64,000 nt of DNA from the human T2T-CHM13v2.0 reference genome, Homo sapiens (GCF_009914755.1 NC_060932.1); one strand, 5' to 3'; positions 1 through 18,569 are shown, counted from the first letter of the stretch. The notes: generated by a model not told the origin, from the letters alone. Translations and numbers: made by a program.

Positions 1-291
1 GGAAACCATCATTGTCAGTAAACTATTGCAAGAACAAAAAACCAAACACCGCATATTCTCACTCATAGGTGGGAATTGAACAATGAGATCACATGGACAC
101 AGGAAGGGGAATATCACACTCTGGGGACTGTGGTGGGGTTGGGGGAGGGGGGAGGGATAGCATTGGGAGATATACCTAATGCTAGATGACACGTTAGTGG
201 GTGCAGCGCACCAGCATGGCACATGTATACATATGTAACTAACCTGCACAATGTGCACATGTACCCTAAAACTTAAAGTATAATTAAAAAA

Positions 292-341
<50 letters not shown>

Positions 342-342
342 A
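1..342 (+). mobile_element. 3' end of a young L1 (L1HS/pre-Ta-like, ACG/A type) with A-tail decayed to (TAAA)n; element extends left of the window
   Basis: Matches the L1HS 3'UTR (caatgagatcacatggacacaggaaggggaatatcacact...gctagatgacACGttagtgggtgcagcgcaccagc); ACG at 191-193, A at 276; A/(TAAA)n tail 286-342. Confidence 0.9.
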
Positions 343-1540
343 ATAGTTTGCCCTTCACTCCTTCAGATCCTGGGGGATTTTGCATGCAGTTTGAAGTCTC
401 TGAATAAATTACTAAACCAAGCCTCATTAAAAACAAAAACAAAGAAAAACACCTTGATGGTCTCTTTCATGGTACAAAACAAGTTTGGTTCCCAGAAGGC
501 TGCATCTGAATGAGCATCCACCCTTGTTTTCAAGACCAACCCATATCCTGATGCTGTGGTCATTTGCTTCTTTGAATTCAGATCAACACCATAACCAGTT
601 GTGAGACCACAAATCAAGATGCAATGCCTAGTTAGACAATTCCTGTAAACCCTCCATCTGCTTCCAACATTTAAAGTTGCAACAGATCCCACAAGGTAGC
701 AAAACTAGATAGTTTATGCTGGACTAACTCAACAGCGCTAGAGTGTCAAAGAAACAGTAAACCACAGAGTACCTAAGAGTTGGATCCAATTTTTGGCTAC
801 TGTCCCTTGGGAGAGTGGGGTGGGTGCATATGTGTGTACGCGTTTTGCTGTTATCCAGACCACAGTTTACTTTGGAACAGGTTCTTCTAAGAAGTTACAT
901 GGGACACTGAGAACATCATGTATTCTCAGGTCAGCTTTTCCTGGAATACAACACAAGTAGCTTGAAATCCATCATGTAATATATTTGTCTCCCTTTCGCA
1001 AACTTTATTCAACATCCGTGAACCTGGGCACCAAAGCAGCAACATCAAGACCTGTTGTTGACATGAAAATTCCTCCTGACTCTGTCAGCTTGCTTGTAGT
1101 TCAAAGCTCTCAGAGCAAGGCTGGCCAATGCAATACAGAGAGTCACATTATGCCATTTACTTCTACTCGAACCTTCTCTTATCCTACTCATATCATTTGT
1201 GAAAAAGGCAAAAAGCCACTCTGGCTCCTTGCATACTAAACAGAAAGTTTCTCCAGAACTGCCCCTCACTAGTTAAGAAGCCAGTAGGGGACAGCTACCA
1301 GGTAGAGGAGCTAAGTAAGAGGCTTAATGGTATCCTGGAAAAACATCTGGAGTCAGATGTGGATTTCAATGTGATCCTGCCTACAAGGTACTATTTGGCT
1401 GGAGCAAATGATTTGTTTGCAGCTCAATGCCCCTTTCTTTAATTGAGCATACCATGTGCCCCATGCACCTCACAGGGTCATCGAGAGGATTTAATGAGTT
1501 AATTATGGGACAAAACTTTGAAAATGATAAAGGGCCATGA

Positions 1541-1706
1541 GTCCAGGTGCAGTGGCTCATGCCTGTAATCTTAGCACTGTAGGAGGCCAAGGTGGAAGGA
1601 TCCCTTGAGCCCAGGAGTTTGAGGTTATAGTGAGCCATGATCACGCAGCTGCACTCCAGCCTGGGCAACAGAGTGAGACCCTGTCTCTAGAATTAAAAAA
1701 AAAAAA
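1541..1706 (+). mobile_element. Free Alu monomer (FRAM/FAM-like)
   Basis: Single ~165-bp Alu arm ending in poly(A). Confidence 0.8.
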
Positions 1707-1899
1707 ATGAATATTAGAGGTCTGATTATCGATTCCCTTATCTCCAAACCTCTCTCTGAAATCAGTTCCTCTCTGTCCTCACTCCTCACTGTCACCTTCA
1801 CTCCATGCTCCTCCAGTTGCCCTGTCATGGGAGGCAAAGCATCCCCGTGGGTACCCCCACACTCCCTCTCGGGCATTCTCGCCCACAGCTGCATATTTC

Positions 1900-2571
<672 letters not shown>

Positions 2572-2603
2572 TCACTGTTTTGAATCTTACAAACTAAAAT
2601 CAC

Positions 2604-2830
2604 AATAATAATAAAACTTTTTTGTATATTTACAATGTACTGGGCACTATGATAAATATTTAAATACATTATTTGATCCTCACAGCCACCCATTGAACTA
2701 AGTGCCTTTTCTCTCCCCCTTTGCAGAGAGAAACTGAGGCTCACAGAGCTTAGATACCATACTTCCTGACACACAGCTACTAAATGATGCGGTAAGGATT
2801 TGGACTCAGCTGTGTCCGACCAGGACACGT
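2604..2830. mobile_element. MIR
   Basis: tttgatcctcacagc...gagaaactgaggctcacagag MIR core motif. Confidence 0.65.
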
Positions 2831-3896
2831 GAAGCCACATCACTGGTAAATGAATATGGAGGAACACTGAGAAATCTGATTGTAATTGAGAAAAAGAGGG
2901 AAGGTGAAGAAATTTGTCATGCACAATGAATCTTAAAACTCAAACGTCTTCTGAGCCAGCATGGTTAGAGCATTTTTCTCTCTTATATTTCAAATGTCTG
3001 GTTGACCCTGGAATACATTAAAATTTGAGGTTAAATTCAATTTTATATTGCATTCCATAAAGCAGCGTTATCTCACTCTCAGATTTCATAGTCCAAATGA
3101 AAGCATAAATGATGAGGTTTAGTGGAGGGAAAGGGATTGGGGACTTCCAAATCTTTCCCAGCCAAGAGAGACACCCTTTTCTTTTCCCCTTCTCCACCTC
3201 CCTGCAAGTCACAGCAATATGTAATGTGTAATAAGCTTAGGCCATCCACAAGCAATAGAATCTCTGCCTTCTGTGTTTGTTTAGAACAGAGTTCATTCTC
3301 ATGAAAACGGGTAAGTTCTGCGGTTTTCTAATGGTGCTGGCAGAGCCCTAAGGGTTCCTGGGGTGTCCTGGGTGGAGGAGAGGAAGTCAGACTGAGCTGG
3401 GCTGCTGGAGGCAATCGGGCTGCACCAGAGCCACTGAGCTTTTATTCATTCCCTTGACCTTGTAAACGTCACTTAAGTTTCAGTTGTAAGAATGGGCTGC
3501 TCCTCTGGTGAAAAGCAAATGCTTGGAAACCACAGTTCTAGTTAGTAAGCTGTGATTCAGACCCTACATGAATTACTAATTTTCAAAGAATAGAATCACA
3601 ATAAAAAGCACTTAATCCTAAATCTGTGCTGAGCCAATCTGGATGATTCAGAAAGTACCACAAGATCTTACTATAAAAGTAGTGGTTAATAAGATGTTCT
3701 GGTTAGTAGAATGATGGTAATGGCACGTGCCACGCTTGGCTCTCCCGATATATCATATGTACACAAAATAAACCCTCAAAATTGCTCTTAGTAGATGTTC
3801 AGGAGCTGCTTACAGACCAGTTGGAAAGGATGGATGTCTCCTAATCTCTCCACAGTGTGCAGAAACCTTGTCCAGCCTCCCCATCCTCTACAAAAG

Positions 3897-3917
3897 CAGC
3901 AGCAGCAGCAGCAGCAG
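3897..3917 (+). repeat. (CAG)7 microsatellite
   Basis: Seven uninterrupted CAG units. Confidence 0.95.
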
Positions 3918-4019
3918 CACAAGCCACAGCTCTTTGGAGTCAGTAGCATGGTTTTGCCAAATGGCATTGCAGAATTTTTTTCCATGATGTTTAAAGTGGG
4001 AATTTTAGTTGTATTTTTT

Positions 4020-5170
4020 AATATAAAGCCCAAAACTATAAAAACTCTGGAAGACAACCTAGGCAATACCATCCTGGACATAGGAACGGGCAAAGATTTC
4101 ATGACAAAGATGCCAAAAGCAATTGAACAAAAGCAAAAATTTACAAATGGGATCTAATTAAACTTAAGAGCTTCTGCCCAGCAAAAGAAACTATCAACAA
4201 GGTAAACAGACAACTTACAGAATGTGAGAAAATATTTGCAAACTACGCATGTGACAAAGGTCTAATATCCAACATCTATAACAAACTTAAACAAATTTAC
4301 AAGCAAAAATCAAACAACCCCATTACAAAGTGGGCAAAAGACATGAACAGACCCTTTTCTAAAGAAGACATACATGCAGCTAACAAGCATTTGAGAAAAA
4401 GCTCAATATCACTGATCATTAGAGAAACGCAAATCAAAACCACAAAGAGATACCATCTCACACCAGTCAGAATGGCTATCATTTTAAAAGTCAAAAAATA
4501 ACAGATGCTGGCAAGGTTGTGGAGAAAAGGGAACACTTATACAATGTTGATGGGAGTGTCAATTAGTTCAACCATTGTGGAAAGTAGTATGGAGATTCCT
4601 CAAAGAGCTAAAAACAGAACTACCATTCAACCTAGCAATCTAGCAATCCCATTACTGGGTATATACCCGGAGGAAAATAAATTATTCCACCATAAAGACA
4701 TATGCACACGAATGTTTGTTGCAGCACTATTCACAATAGCAAAGACATGGAATCAACCTAAATGCCCATCAATGACAGATTGGATACAGAAAAGGTACAT
4801 ATGCACCATGGAATACTGTGCAGCCATTAAAAAAGAACAAGACCATGTCTTTTGCAGCAACATGAATGGAGCTGGAGGCTACCATCCTTAGCAAACTAAC
4901 ACAGGAACAGAAAACCAAATACTGCATGTTCTCACTTATAAGTGGGAGCTAAATTATGAGAACTCATGAACACAAAGAACGAAACAACAGACACTGGGGC
5001 CTACCTGAGGGTGGAGAGTGGGAGGAGAAAGAGGAGCAAAAAAAAATAACTACTGGGTAAGCGGCTTAGTACCTGGGTAACAAAATAATCTGTATAATCC
5101 CCTGACACAAGTTTACCTATGTAACAACCTGCATATGTACCCTCCAACTTAAAATAAAAGATAAAAAACA
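4020..5170 (+). mobile_element. 5'-truncated old L1PA (L1PA15/16-like): end of ORF2 plus 3'UTR
   Basis: [20 protein letters not shown]... ORF2 peptide; 3'UTR ggcttagtacctgggt...aacttaaaataaaag. Confidence 0.85.
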
Positions 5171-5304
5171 ATAATAACGTTTCTGTCATTTTCTGGTTAC
5201 AAAAGTAATATTGTGATAGGTAACTGCCTTCATTCTCTTCTGCTTGCTGCTCAGATCTCTCAGGCCAAGAATTATAAGGCCTGCCTTCTTATTTAAAATA
5301 GGGA

Positions 5305-5598
<294 letters not shown>

Positions 5599-5606
5599 CA
5601 AGGAGA

Positions 5607-5755
5607 GGCTGGGGTGCAGTGGCTCATGCCTATAATTGCACCACTTTGGGAGGTTGAGAGGCTGAGTGGGGAGGATCGCTCAAGCCCAAGAGTTCCAGAC
5701 CAGCCTGGGCAGCATAGTGAGACTCTGTTTCTACAAAAAAAAAAAAAAAATTTTT
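5607..5755 (+). mobile_element. AluJ left arm (right arm displaced to 13157-13320 by nested L1s)
   Basis: Left arm ends in the A-rich linker, then L1 sequence; right arm resumes after ...aaaattgtc. Confidence 0.75.
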
Positions 5756-5763
5756 AATTTGTC

Positions 5764-6392
5764 AAAAGGTCTAATATCCAGAATCTTTAAGAAACTCAAC
5801 ATGTCAACAAGTCAAAAACAACCCCGTTAAAAAAAATGGGCAAAGAACATGAATAGACACTTCTCCAAAGAAGATATACTCATGGCCAACAAGCATATGA
5901 AAAAATGTTCAATATCACTAATCATTAGGGAAATGCAAATCAAAACCACAATGAGGTACCATCTCATGCCAGTCAGAATGGCTATTATTAAAAAGACAAA
6001 AAACAACAGATGCTGGCAAAGTTGCAGAGAAAAGGGAATGCTCATACACTGCTGCTGGGAGTGTAAATTAGTTCAACCATTTTGGAAAGTCATCTGGAGA
6101 TTTCTCAAAGAACTTAAAATAGAACTACCATTTGACCCAGCAATTCAATTCAATTATTGGGTATACACCCAAAGGAATATCAATCATTCTATCATAAGGA
6201 CACATGCACACATATGTTCATCACTGCACTATTCACAATAGCAAAGACATGGAATCAACCTAGATGCCTATAAACAGTAGACGGGAGAAAGAAAATGTGG
6301 TACATATACACTATGGAATACTATGCAGCTATTTTAAGAAATGAGATCATGGCCTTTGCAGCAACATGGATGGGGCTACAGGCCATAATCTT
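5764..6392 (+). mobile_element. Old L1 (L1PB/late L1PA-like) 3' fragment, part 1
   Basis: ORF2 C-terminal peptide [10 protein letters not shown]...; interrupted at CTACAGGCCATAATCTT. Confidence 0.85.
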
Positions 6393-6615
6393 TTTTTTAA
6401 TCTTTTTTTTAATTATACTTTAAGTTCTAGGGTACATGTGCACAACATGCAGGTTTGTTACATATGTATACATGTGCCATGATGGTGTGCTGCACCCATT
6501 AACTCGTCATTTATATTAGGTATATCTCCTAATGCTATCCCTCCCCCCTCCCCCCACCCCACTACAGGCCCCATTGTGTGATGTTCCCCTTCCTGTGTCC
6601 AAGTGTTCTCATTGT

Positions 6616-10757
<4,142 letters not shown>

Positions 10758-10820
10758 TATGATGTTAGCTGGTTATTTTGCTCATTAGTTGATGCAGTTT
10801 CTTCCTAGCACTGATGGTCT

Positions 10821-11848
10821 TTACAACTTGGCATGTTTTTGCAGTGGCTGGTACCAGTTGTTCCTTTCCATGTTTACTGCTTCCTTCAGGCACTCTTGTA
10901 AGGCAGGCCTGGTGGTGACAAAATCTCTCAGCATTTGCTTGTCTGTAAAGGATTGTATTTCTCCTTCACTTCTGAAGCTTAGTTTGGCTGGATATGAAAT
11001 TCTGGGTTGAAAATTCTTTTCTTTAAGAATGTTGAATATTGGCCCCCACTCACTTCTGGCTTATAGAGTTTCTCTTGGCTGAGAGATCTGCTGTTAGTCT
11101 GATAGGCTTCCCTTTGTGGGTAACCCAACCTTTCTCTCTGGCTGCCCTTAACACTTTTTCCTTCATTTCAACTTTGGTGAATCTGACAATTATGTGTCTT
11201 GGAGTTGCTCTTCTTGAGGAGTATCTTTGTGGCATTCTCTGTATTTCCTGAATTTGAATGCTGGCCTGCCTTGCTAGATTGGGGAAGTTCTCCTGGATAA
11301 TATCCTGAAGAGTGTTTTCCAACTTTGTTCCATTCTCCCTGTCACTTTCAGGTACACAATCAGGCATAGATTTGGTCTTTTCACATAGTCCCATATTTCT
11401 TGGAAGCTTTGTTTGTTTCTTTTTACTCTTTTTTCTCTAAACTTCTCTTCTCACTTCATTTCATTCATTTGATCTTCAATCACTGATACCCTTTCTTCCA
11501 GTTGATCGAATCGGCTACTGAAGCTTGTGCATGCGTCACGTAGTTCTCGTGCCATGGTTTTCAGCTCCATCAGGTCATTTAAGGTCTTCTCTATGCTGTT
11601 TATTCTAGTTAACTATTCGTCCAATCTTTTTTCAAGGTTTTTAGCTTCTTTGTGATGGGTTCGAACATCCTCCTTTAGCTCGGAGAAGTTTATTATTACT
11701 GATCGTCTGAAGCCTTCCTCTCTCAACTTGTCAAAGTCATTCTCTGTCCAGCTTTGTTCCATTGATGGCCATGAACTGCGTTCCTTGGAGGAGAAGAGGC
11801 ACTCTGATTTTTAGAATTTTCAGCTTCTCTGCTCTGGTTTCTCCCCAT
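10821..11848 (-). pseudogene. Disrupted L1 ORF1p
   Basis: ATGGGGAGAAACC start on minus at 11848; ENGTKLENTLQDIIQENFPNLARQ...PRHIIVRF peptide; frameshifted. Confidence 0.88.
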
Positions 11849-12423
11849 GTTTGTGGTTTTATCTACCTTTGGTCTTTGATGATGGTGATGTACAGATGGG
11901 GTTTTGGTGTGTATGTCCTTTATGCTTGTTAGTTTTCCTTCTAACAGCCAGGACCCTCAGCTGCAGGTCTGTTGTAGTTTGCTGGAAGCCCACTCCAGAC
12001 CCTGTTTGCCTGGGTATCACCAGCGGAGGCTGCAGAACAGCAAATATTACAGAATGGCAAATGTTGCTGCCTGATCCTTCCTCTGGAAGCTTCCTCTCAG
12101 AGGGGCACCCAGCTGTATGAGGTGTCAGTCAGCCCCTACTGGGAGGTGTCTCCCAGTTAGGCTACTCAGGAGTCAGGGACCCACTTGAGGAGGCAGTCTG
12201 TCCGTTCTCAGATCTCAAACTCCATGCTGGGAGAACCACTACTCTCTTCAAAGCTGTCAGACAGGGACGATTAAGTCTGCAGAAGTTTCTGCTGCCTTTT
12301 ATTCAGCTATGCCCTGCCCTCAGAGGTGGAGTCTACAGAGGCAGGCAAGCCTCCTTGAGCTGCAGTGGGCTCCACCCAGTTTGAGCTTCCAGGCTGCTTT
12401 GTTTACCTACTCAAGCCTCAGCA

Positions 12424-12606
12424 ATGGTAGACGCCCCTCCCCCAGCCTTGCTGCCACCTTGCAGTTCGCTCTCAGACTGCTGTACTAGCAGTGAGCAAGG
12501 CTCCTTGGGCGTGGGACCCTCCGAGACAGGTGCGGGATATATTCTCCTGGTGTGCCATTTGCTAAGACCATTGGAAAAGCACAGTATTAGGGTGAGAGTC
12601 CCCTGA
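12424..12606 (+). CDS. ORF0: L1 antisense ORF0 homologue (60 aa, C-terminus shortened)
   Basis: MVDAPPPALLPPCSSLSDCCTSSEQGSLGVGPSETGAGY... aligns by eye with primate L1 ORF0 (MAGAPPPASLPPCSLISDCCASNQRDSVGVGPSEPG...); gcaATGG context; expression unknown. Confidence 0.6.
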   Translation: MVDAPPPALLPPCSSLSDCCTSSEQGSLGVGPSETGAGYILLVCHLLRPLEKHSIRVRVP

Positions 12607-12874
12607 TTTTCCAGGTATCGTCTGTCACGGCTTCCCTTGGCTAGGAAAGGGAATTCCCCGACCCCTTGTGCTTCCCGGGTGAGGCAATGCCCTGCCCTGC
12701 TTCAGCTCACACTCTGTGGGCTGCACCCACTGTCCAACAAGCCCCAGTGAGATGCACCTGTACCTCAGTTGGAAGTGCAGAAATCACCCATCTTCTGCTT
12801 CACTCATGCTGGGAGCTGCAGACTGGAGCTGTTCCTATTCGGCCATCTTTTAACCCTCTACAGACCATAATCTT

Positions 12875-13155
12875 AAGCAAATTAACATATAACAGAAAAT
12901 CAAACACCACATGTTCTTACTTGTAAGTGGGAGCCAAACATTAACTACACATGGACACAAGGGAACAACAGACACTAGGGTCTACTTGAGGGTGGAGGGT
13001 GGAAGGAGGGTGAGGACTGAAAAACCACCTATCTGACATTATGCTGGTTGAAGTGAAAAAACTATCCATACCCCAAACCCCCAAGACATGTGATTTACCT
13101 GTATAACAAACCTGCACATATACCCCTTGAACCTAAAATAAAAGTTGAAAAAAAA
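12875..13155 (+). mobile_element. Old L1 3' fragment, part 2 (continuation of 5764-6392)
   Basis: Resumes after the TSD with aagcaaattaac...; ends aacctaaaataaaagttgaaaaaa. Confidence 0.85.
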
Positions 13156-13156
13156 T

Positions 13157-13320
13157 TGTCGGATGTGAGGCATACAACTGTATTCCCAGCTCCTTGGGAA
13201 GCTGAGGCAGGAGGTTCACTTGAGCCCAGGAATTTGAGGCTTCAGTGAACCAAAATCATACCAGGGTACTCCAGCCTGAGCTGCAGAGTGAGATCCCATC
13301 TCTATAAATACATAAATAAT
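13157..13320 (+). mobile_element. AluJ right arm
   Basis: tgtattcccagc...gctgaggcaggagg...ccagcctgag...atctctataaata. Confidence 0.78.
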
Positions 13321-14900
13321 TTTTTAAAATAGGGAGAAGGAAAAATTATATGAAAAAAGCATTATTTACAATGTCAATGAATTGACCTGCAGCAAAATGA
13401 TTTTTTTGTTTTGTTTGGAGGGATGTGATGGAGCTGTACATACGTCACAAATATTTTCTCACTTCAATAAAAAATTCCAAAAAGCATTGTGTTGATAGTC
13501 TATCTACATAGGCACACTGTACTTTATTCAAACATTTTTCTATTGTTGACCTTTAAGATTGATTCCACATTCCCCAGCAAGATGGCAGAATAGGAACAGC
13601 TCTGGTCTGCAGCTCCCAGAGAGACCAACGCAGAAGCTGAGGTACCCAGCTCATCTCAATGGGACTGGTTAGACAGTGGGTGCAGCCCACGGAGGGCGAG
13701 TACAAGAAGGGCGGGGTGTTGCCTCACCCAGGAAGTGCAAGGAGTTGGGGAACTCCCTCCCCTAGCCAAGGGAAGCCGTAAGGGACAGTGCCATGACAGA
13801 CAGTGCTATCCAGCCCAGATACTATGCTTTTCCCAGGGTCTTTGCAACCCGCAGACCAGGAGATTCCCTCGGGTGCCTACATCTCCAGGGCCCTGGGTAT
13901 CAAGCACAAAAGTGGGCAGCCATTTGGGCAGACATTGAGCTAGCCGCAGGAGTTTTTTTTCATACCCCAGTGGCACCTGGTACACCAGCAAGACAAAACC
14001 ATTCACTCCCCTGGAAAGGGGATTGAAGCCAGGGAGCCAAGTGGTCTTGCTCAGTGGATCCCACCCCTATAGAGTCCGGCAAGCTAAGATCAACTGGCTT
14101 GAAATTCTCACTGCCAGCACGGCAGTCGTGCCAGCACAGCAGTCTGAAGACGACCTGGGATGCTTGAGCTTTGTTGGGGGAGGGGCGTCCACCATTTCTG
14201 AAGGTTGAGTAGGCAGTTTTCCCCTCACAGTGTAAATAAAGCCTCCAGGAAGTTTAGACAGGGTGGAGTCAACTGCAGCGTCAGAAAGCCTCTGTAGCCA
14301 GACTGCCTCTCTAGATTCCTCCTCTCTGGGCAGGGCATCTCTGAAAGAAAGGCAGCATCCCCAGTCAAGGGCTTATAGACAAAACTCCCATCTCCCTGGC
14401 ACAAAGCACCTGGGGGAAGTGGCAGCTGTGGGTGCAGCTTCAGCAGACTTAAACGGTCCTGGCTGTCAGCTCTGAAGAGAGCAGCAGATCTCCCAGCACA
14501 GCACTTGAGCTCTGCTAAGAGACAGACTGCCTCCTCAAGTGGGTCTTGGCCCGCATGCCTCCTGACATCTCCCAGCAGGGGTTGACAGACATCTCATACA
14601 GGAGAACGCCGGCTGGTATCTGGTGGGTGCCTCTCTGGAACGAAGCTTCCAGAGGAAGGAGCACGCGGCAATCTTTGCTGTTCTGCAGCCTCCGCTGGTG
14701 ATACCCAGGCAAACAGGGTCTGGAATGGAACCCCAGCAAACTCGAGCAGACCTGCAGAAGAGGGGCCTGACTGTTAGAAGGAAAACTAACAAACAGAAAG
14801 CAATAGCATCAGCATCAACATCAACAAAAAGGATAACCACACAAAAACTCCATCCAAAGGTCACCAACAGCAAAGACCAAAGGTAGATAAGTCCAAGAAG

Positions 14901-15920
14901 ATGAGGAAACACCAGTGCAAAAAGGCTGAAAATTCCAAAAACCAGAATGCCTCTTCTCCTCTATAGGATCACAATTCCTTGCCAGCAAGGGAACAAAACT
15001 GGATGGAGAATGAGTTTGACTAATTGACAGAAGTAGGCTTCAGAAGGTGAGAAATAACAAACTCCTCTGAGCTAAAGAAGCATGTTCTATCCCAATGCAA
15101 GGAAGCTAAGAAAACCTTGATAAAAGGTTAGAGGAATTGCTAACTAGAATAACCAGTTTAGAGAAGAACATAAATGACCTGATGGAGCTGAAAAACAGCA
15201 CGAGAACTTCACGAAGCATACACAAGTATCAATAGCCAAATCTATCAAGCAGAAGAAAGGATATCAGAGATTAAAGATCAAGGTAATGAAATAAAGCATG
15301 AAAACAAGATTACAGAAAAAAGAATACAAAGGGATGAACAAAGGCTCCAAGAAATATGGGACTATGTGAAAAGACCAAACCTACATTTGATTGCTGTATC
15401 TGAAAGTGATGGGGAGAATGGAACCAAGTTGGAAAACACACTTCCGGATATTATCCAGGAGAACTTCCCCAAGTTAGCAAGACAGGCCAACATTCAAATT
15501 CAGGAAATAACAGAGAATGCCACAAAGATACTCCTCGAGAAGAGCAACCCCAAGACACATAATTGACAAATTCACCAAGGTTAAAATGAAAGAAAAAATG
15601 TTACAGGCAGCCAGAGAGAAAGGTCAGGATACTCACAAAGGAAAGCCCATCAGACTAACAGCAGATCTCTCTGCAGAAACCCTACAAGCAAGAAGAGAGT
15701 GGGGGTCAATATTCAACATTCTTAAAGAAAAGAATTTTCAGCCCAGAACTTCATATCCAGCCAAACTAAGCTTCATAAGTGAAGGAGAAGTAAAATCCTT
15801 TACAGACAAGCAAATGCTGAGGGATTCTGATACCACCACCTGCCTTACAAGAGCTCCTGAAGGAAGCACGTGGAAAGGAAAAACCAGTACCTGCCACTGC
15901 AAAAACAAACCAAAAGTTAA
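14901..15920 (+). pseudogene. Disrupted L1 ORF1p
   Basis: ATGAGGAAACACCAG start; KRPNL...ENGTKLENTL, REKG...KPIRLTADLSAETLQARREW, YPAKLS motifs; stops and frameshifts. Confidence 0.88.
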
Positions 15921-17095
15921 AGACCACTGACAACTATGAAGAAACTGCATCAACTACTGGAAAAAATAACCAGCTAGCATCATAATGACAGGATCAAACT
16001 CACACATAACAATATTAACCTTAAATGTAAATGGGCTAAATGCTCCAATTAAAAGACACAGACTGGCAAATTGGATAGAATCAAGACCTATCGGTGTGCT
16101 GTATTCAGGAGACCCATCTTATATGCAAAGACACACATAGGCTCAAAATAAAGGGATGGAGGAAGATTTACCAAGCAAATGGAAAGTAAAAAAAAAAAAG
16201 CAGGGGTTACATTCCTAGTCTCTGAGAAAACAGACTTTAAACCAACAAAGATTAAAAAAGACAAAGAAGGACATTACATAATGGTAAAGGGATCAATGCA
16301 ACAAGAAGAGCTAACTATCCTAAATATATATGCACCCAATACGGGAGCACCCAGATTCATAAAGCAAGTTCTTAGAGACCTACAAAGAGACTTAGACTTC
16401 CACACAATAATAATGGGAGACTTTAACAACCCACTGTCAATATTAGACAGATCAACGAGACAGAAAATTAACAAGGATATTCAGGACTTGAACTCAGCTC
16501 TGGATCAAGCGGACCTAATAGACATCTACAGAACTCTCCACCCCAAATCAATAGCAGAATATACATTCTCAGCACCACATAGCACTTATTCTAAAATCAA
16601 TCACATAATTGGAAGTAAAACACTCCTCAGCAAATGCAAAAGAATGGAAATCATAACAGTCTCTCAGACCACAGTGCAATCAAATTAGAACTCAGGATTA
16701 AGAAACTCACTCAAAACTGCACAACTACATGGAAACTGAACAACCTGCTCCTGAATGACTACTGGGTAAATAACGAAATTAAGGCAAAAATAAATAAGTT
16801 CTTTGAAACCAATGAGAACAAAGGCACAATGTACCAGAATCTCTGGGACACAGCTAAAGCAGTGTTTAGAGGGAAATTTACAGCACTAAATGCCCACAGG
16901 AGAAAATGGGAAAGATCTAAAATCGACACCCTAACATCATAATTAAAAGAACTAGAGAAGCAAGAGCAAACAAATTCAAAAGCTAGCAGAAGACAAGAAA
17001 TAACTAAGATCACAGCAGAACTGAAGGAGACAGAGACACAAAAAGTCCTTCAAAAAAATCAGTGATTCCAGGAGCTCGTTTTTTGAAAAGATTAA

Positions 17096-17194
<99 letters not shown>

Positions 17195-17355
17195 TAAATA
17201 CAAACTACTGTCAGAGAATACTATAAACTCCTCTATGCAAATAAACTAGAAAATCTAGAAGAAATGGATAAATTCCTGGACACATACAGCTTCCCAAGAC
17301 TAAACCAGGAAGAAGTTAAATCCGTGAACTGACAAATAACAAGTTCTGAAATTGA

Positions 17356-17628
<273 letters not shown>

Positions 17629-17794
17629 TGAATCCAGCAGCACATCAAAAAGCTTATCCACCATGATCAAGTTGGCTTCATCCCTGGGATGCAAGGCTGG
17701 TTCAACATACACAAATCAATAAACATAATCCATCACATAAACAGAACCAATGACAAAAAACACATGATTATCTCAATAGATGCAGAAAAGGCCT

Positions 17795-17896
17795 TTGATA
17801 AAATTCTACACCCTTTCATGCTAAAAACACTCAATAAACTAGGTATTGACAAAATTCAACAGCCCTTCATTCTAAAAACACTCAATAAACTAGGCA
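17795..17896 (+). repeat. 51-bp in-frame tandem duplication within the ORF2 RT region
   Basis: TTGA at 17795, 17846 and 17897; peptide [34 protein letters not shown]. Confidence 0.92.
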
Positions 17897-18098
17897 TTGA
17901 TGGAACATATCTCAAAATAATAAGAGCTACTTATGACAAACCCAGAGCCAATATCATACTGAATGGGCAAAAGCTGGAAGCACTCCCTTTGAAAACCAGC
18001 ACAAGACAAGGATGCCCTCTCTCACCACTCCTATTCAACATAGTATTAGAAGTTCTGGCCAGGGCAACCAGGCAAGAGAAAGAAATAAAGCGTATTCA

Positions 18099-18569
<471 letters not shown>

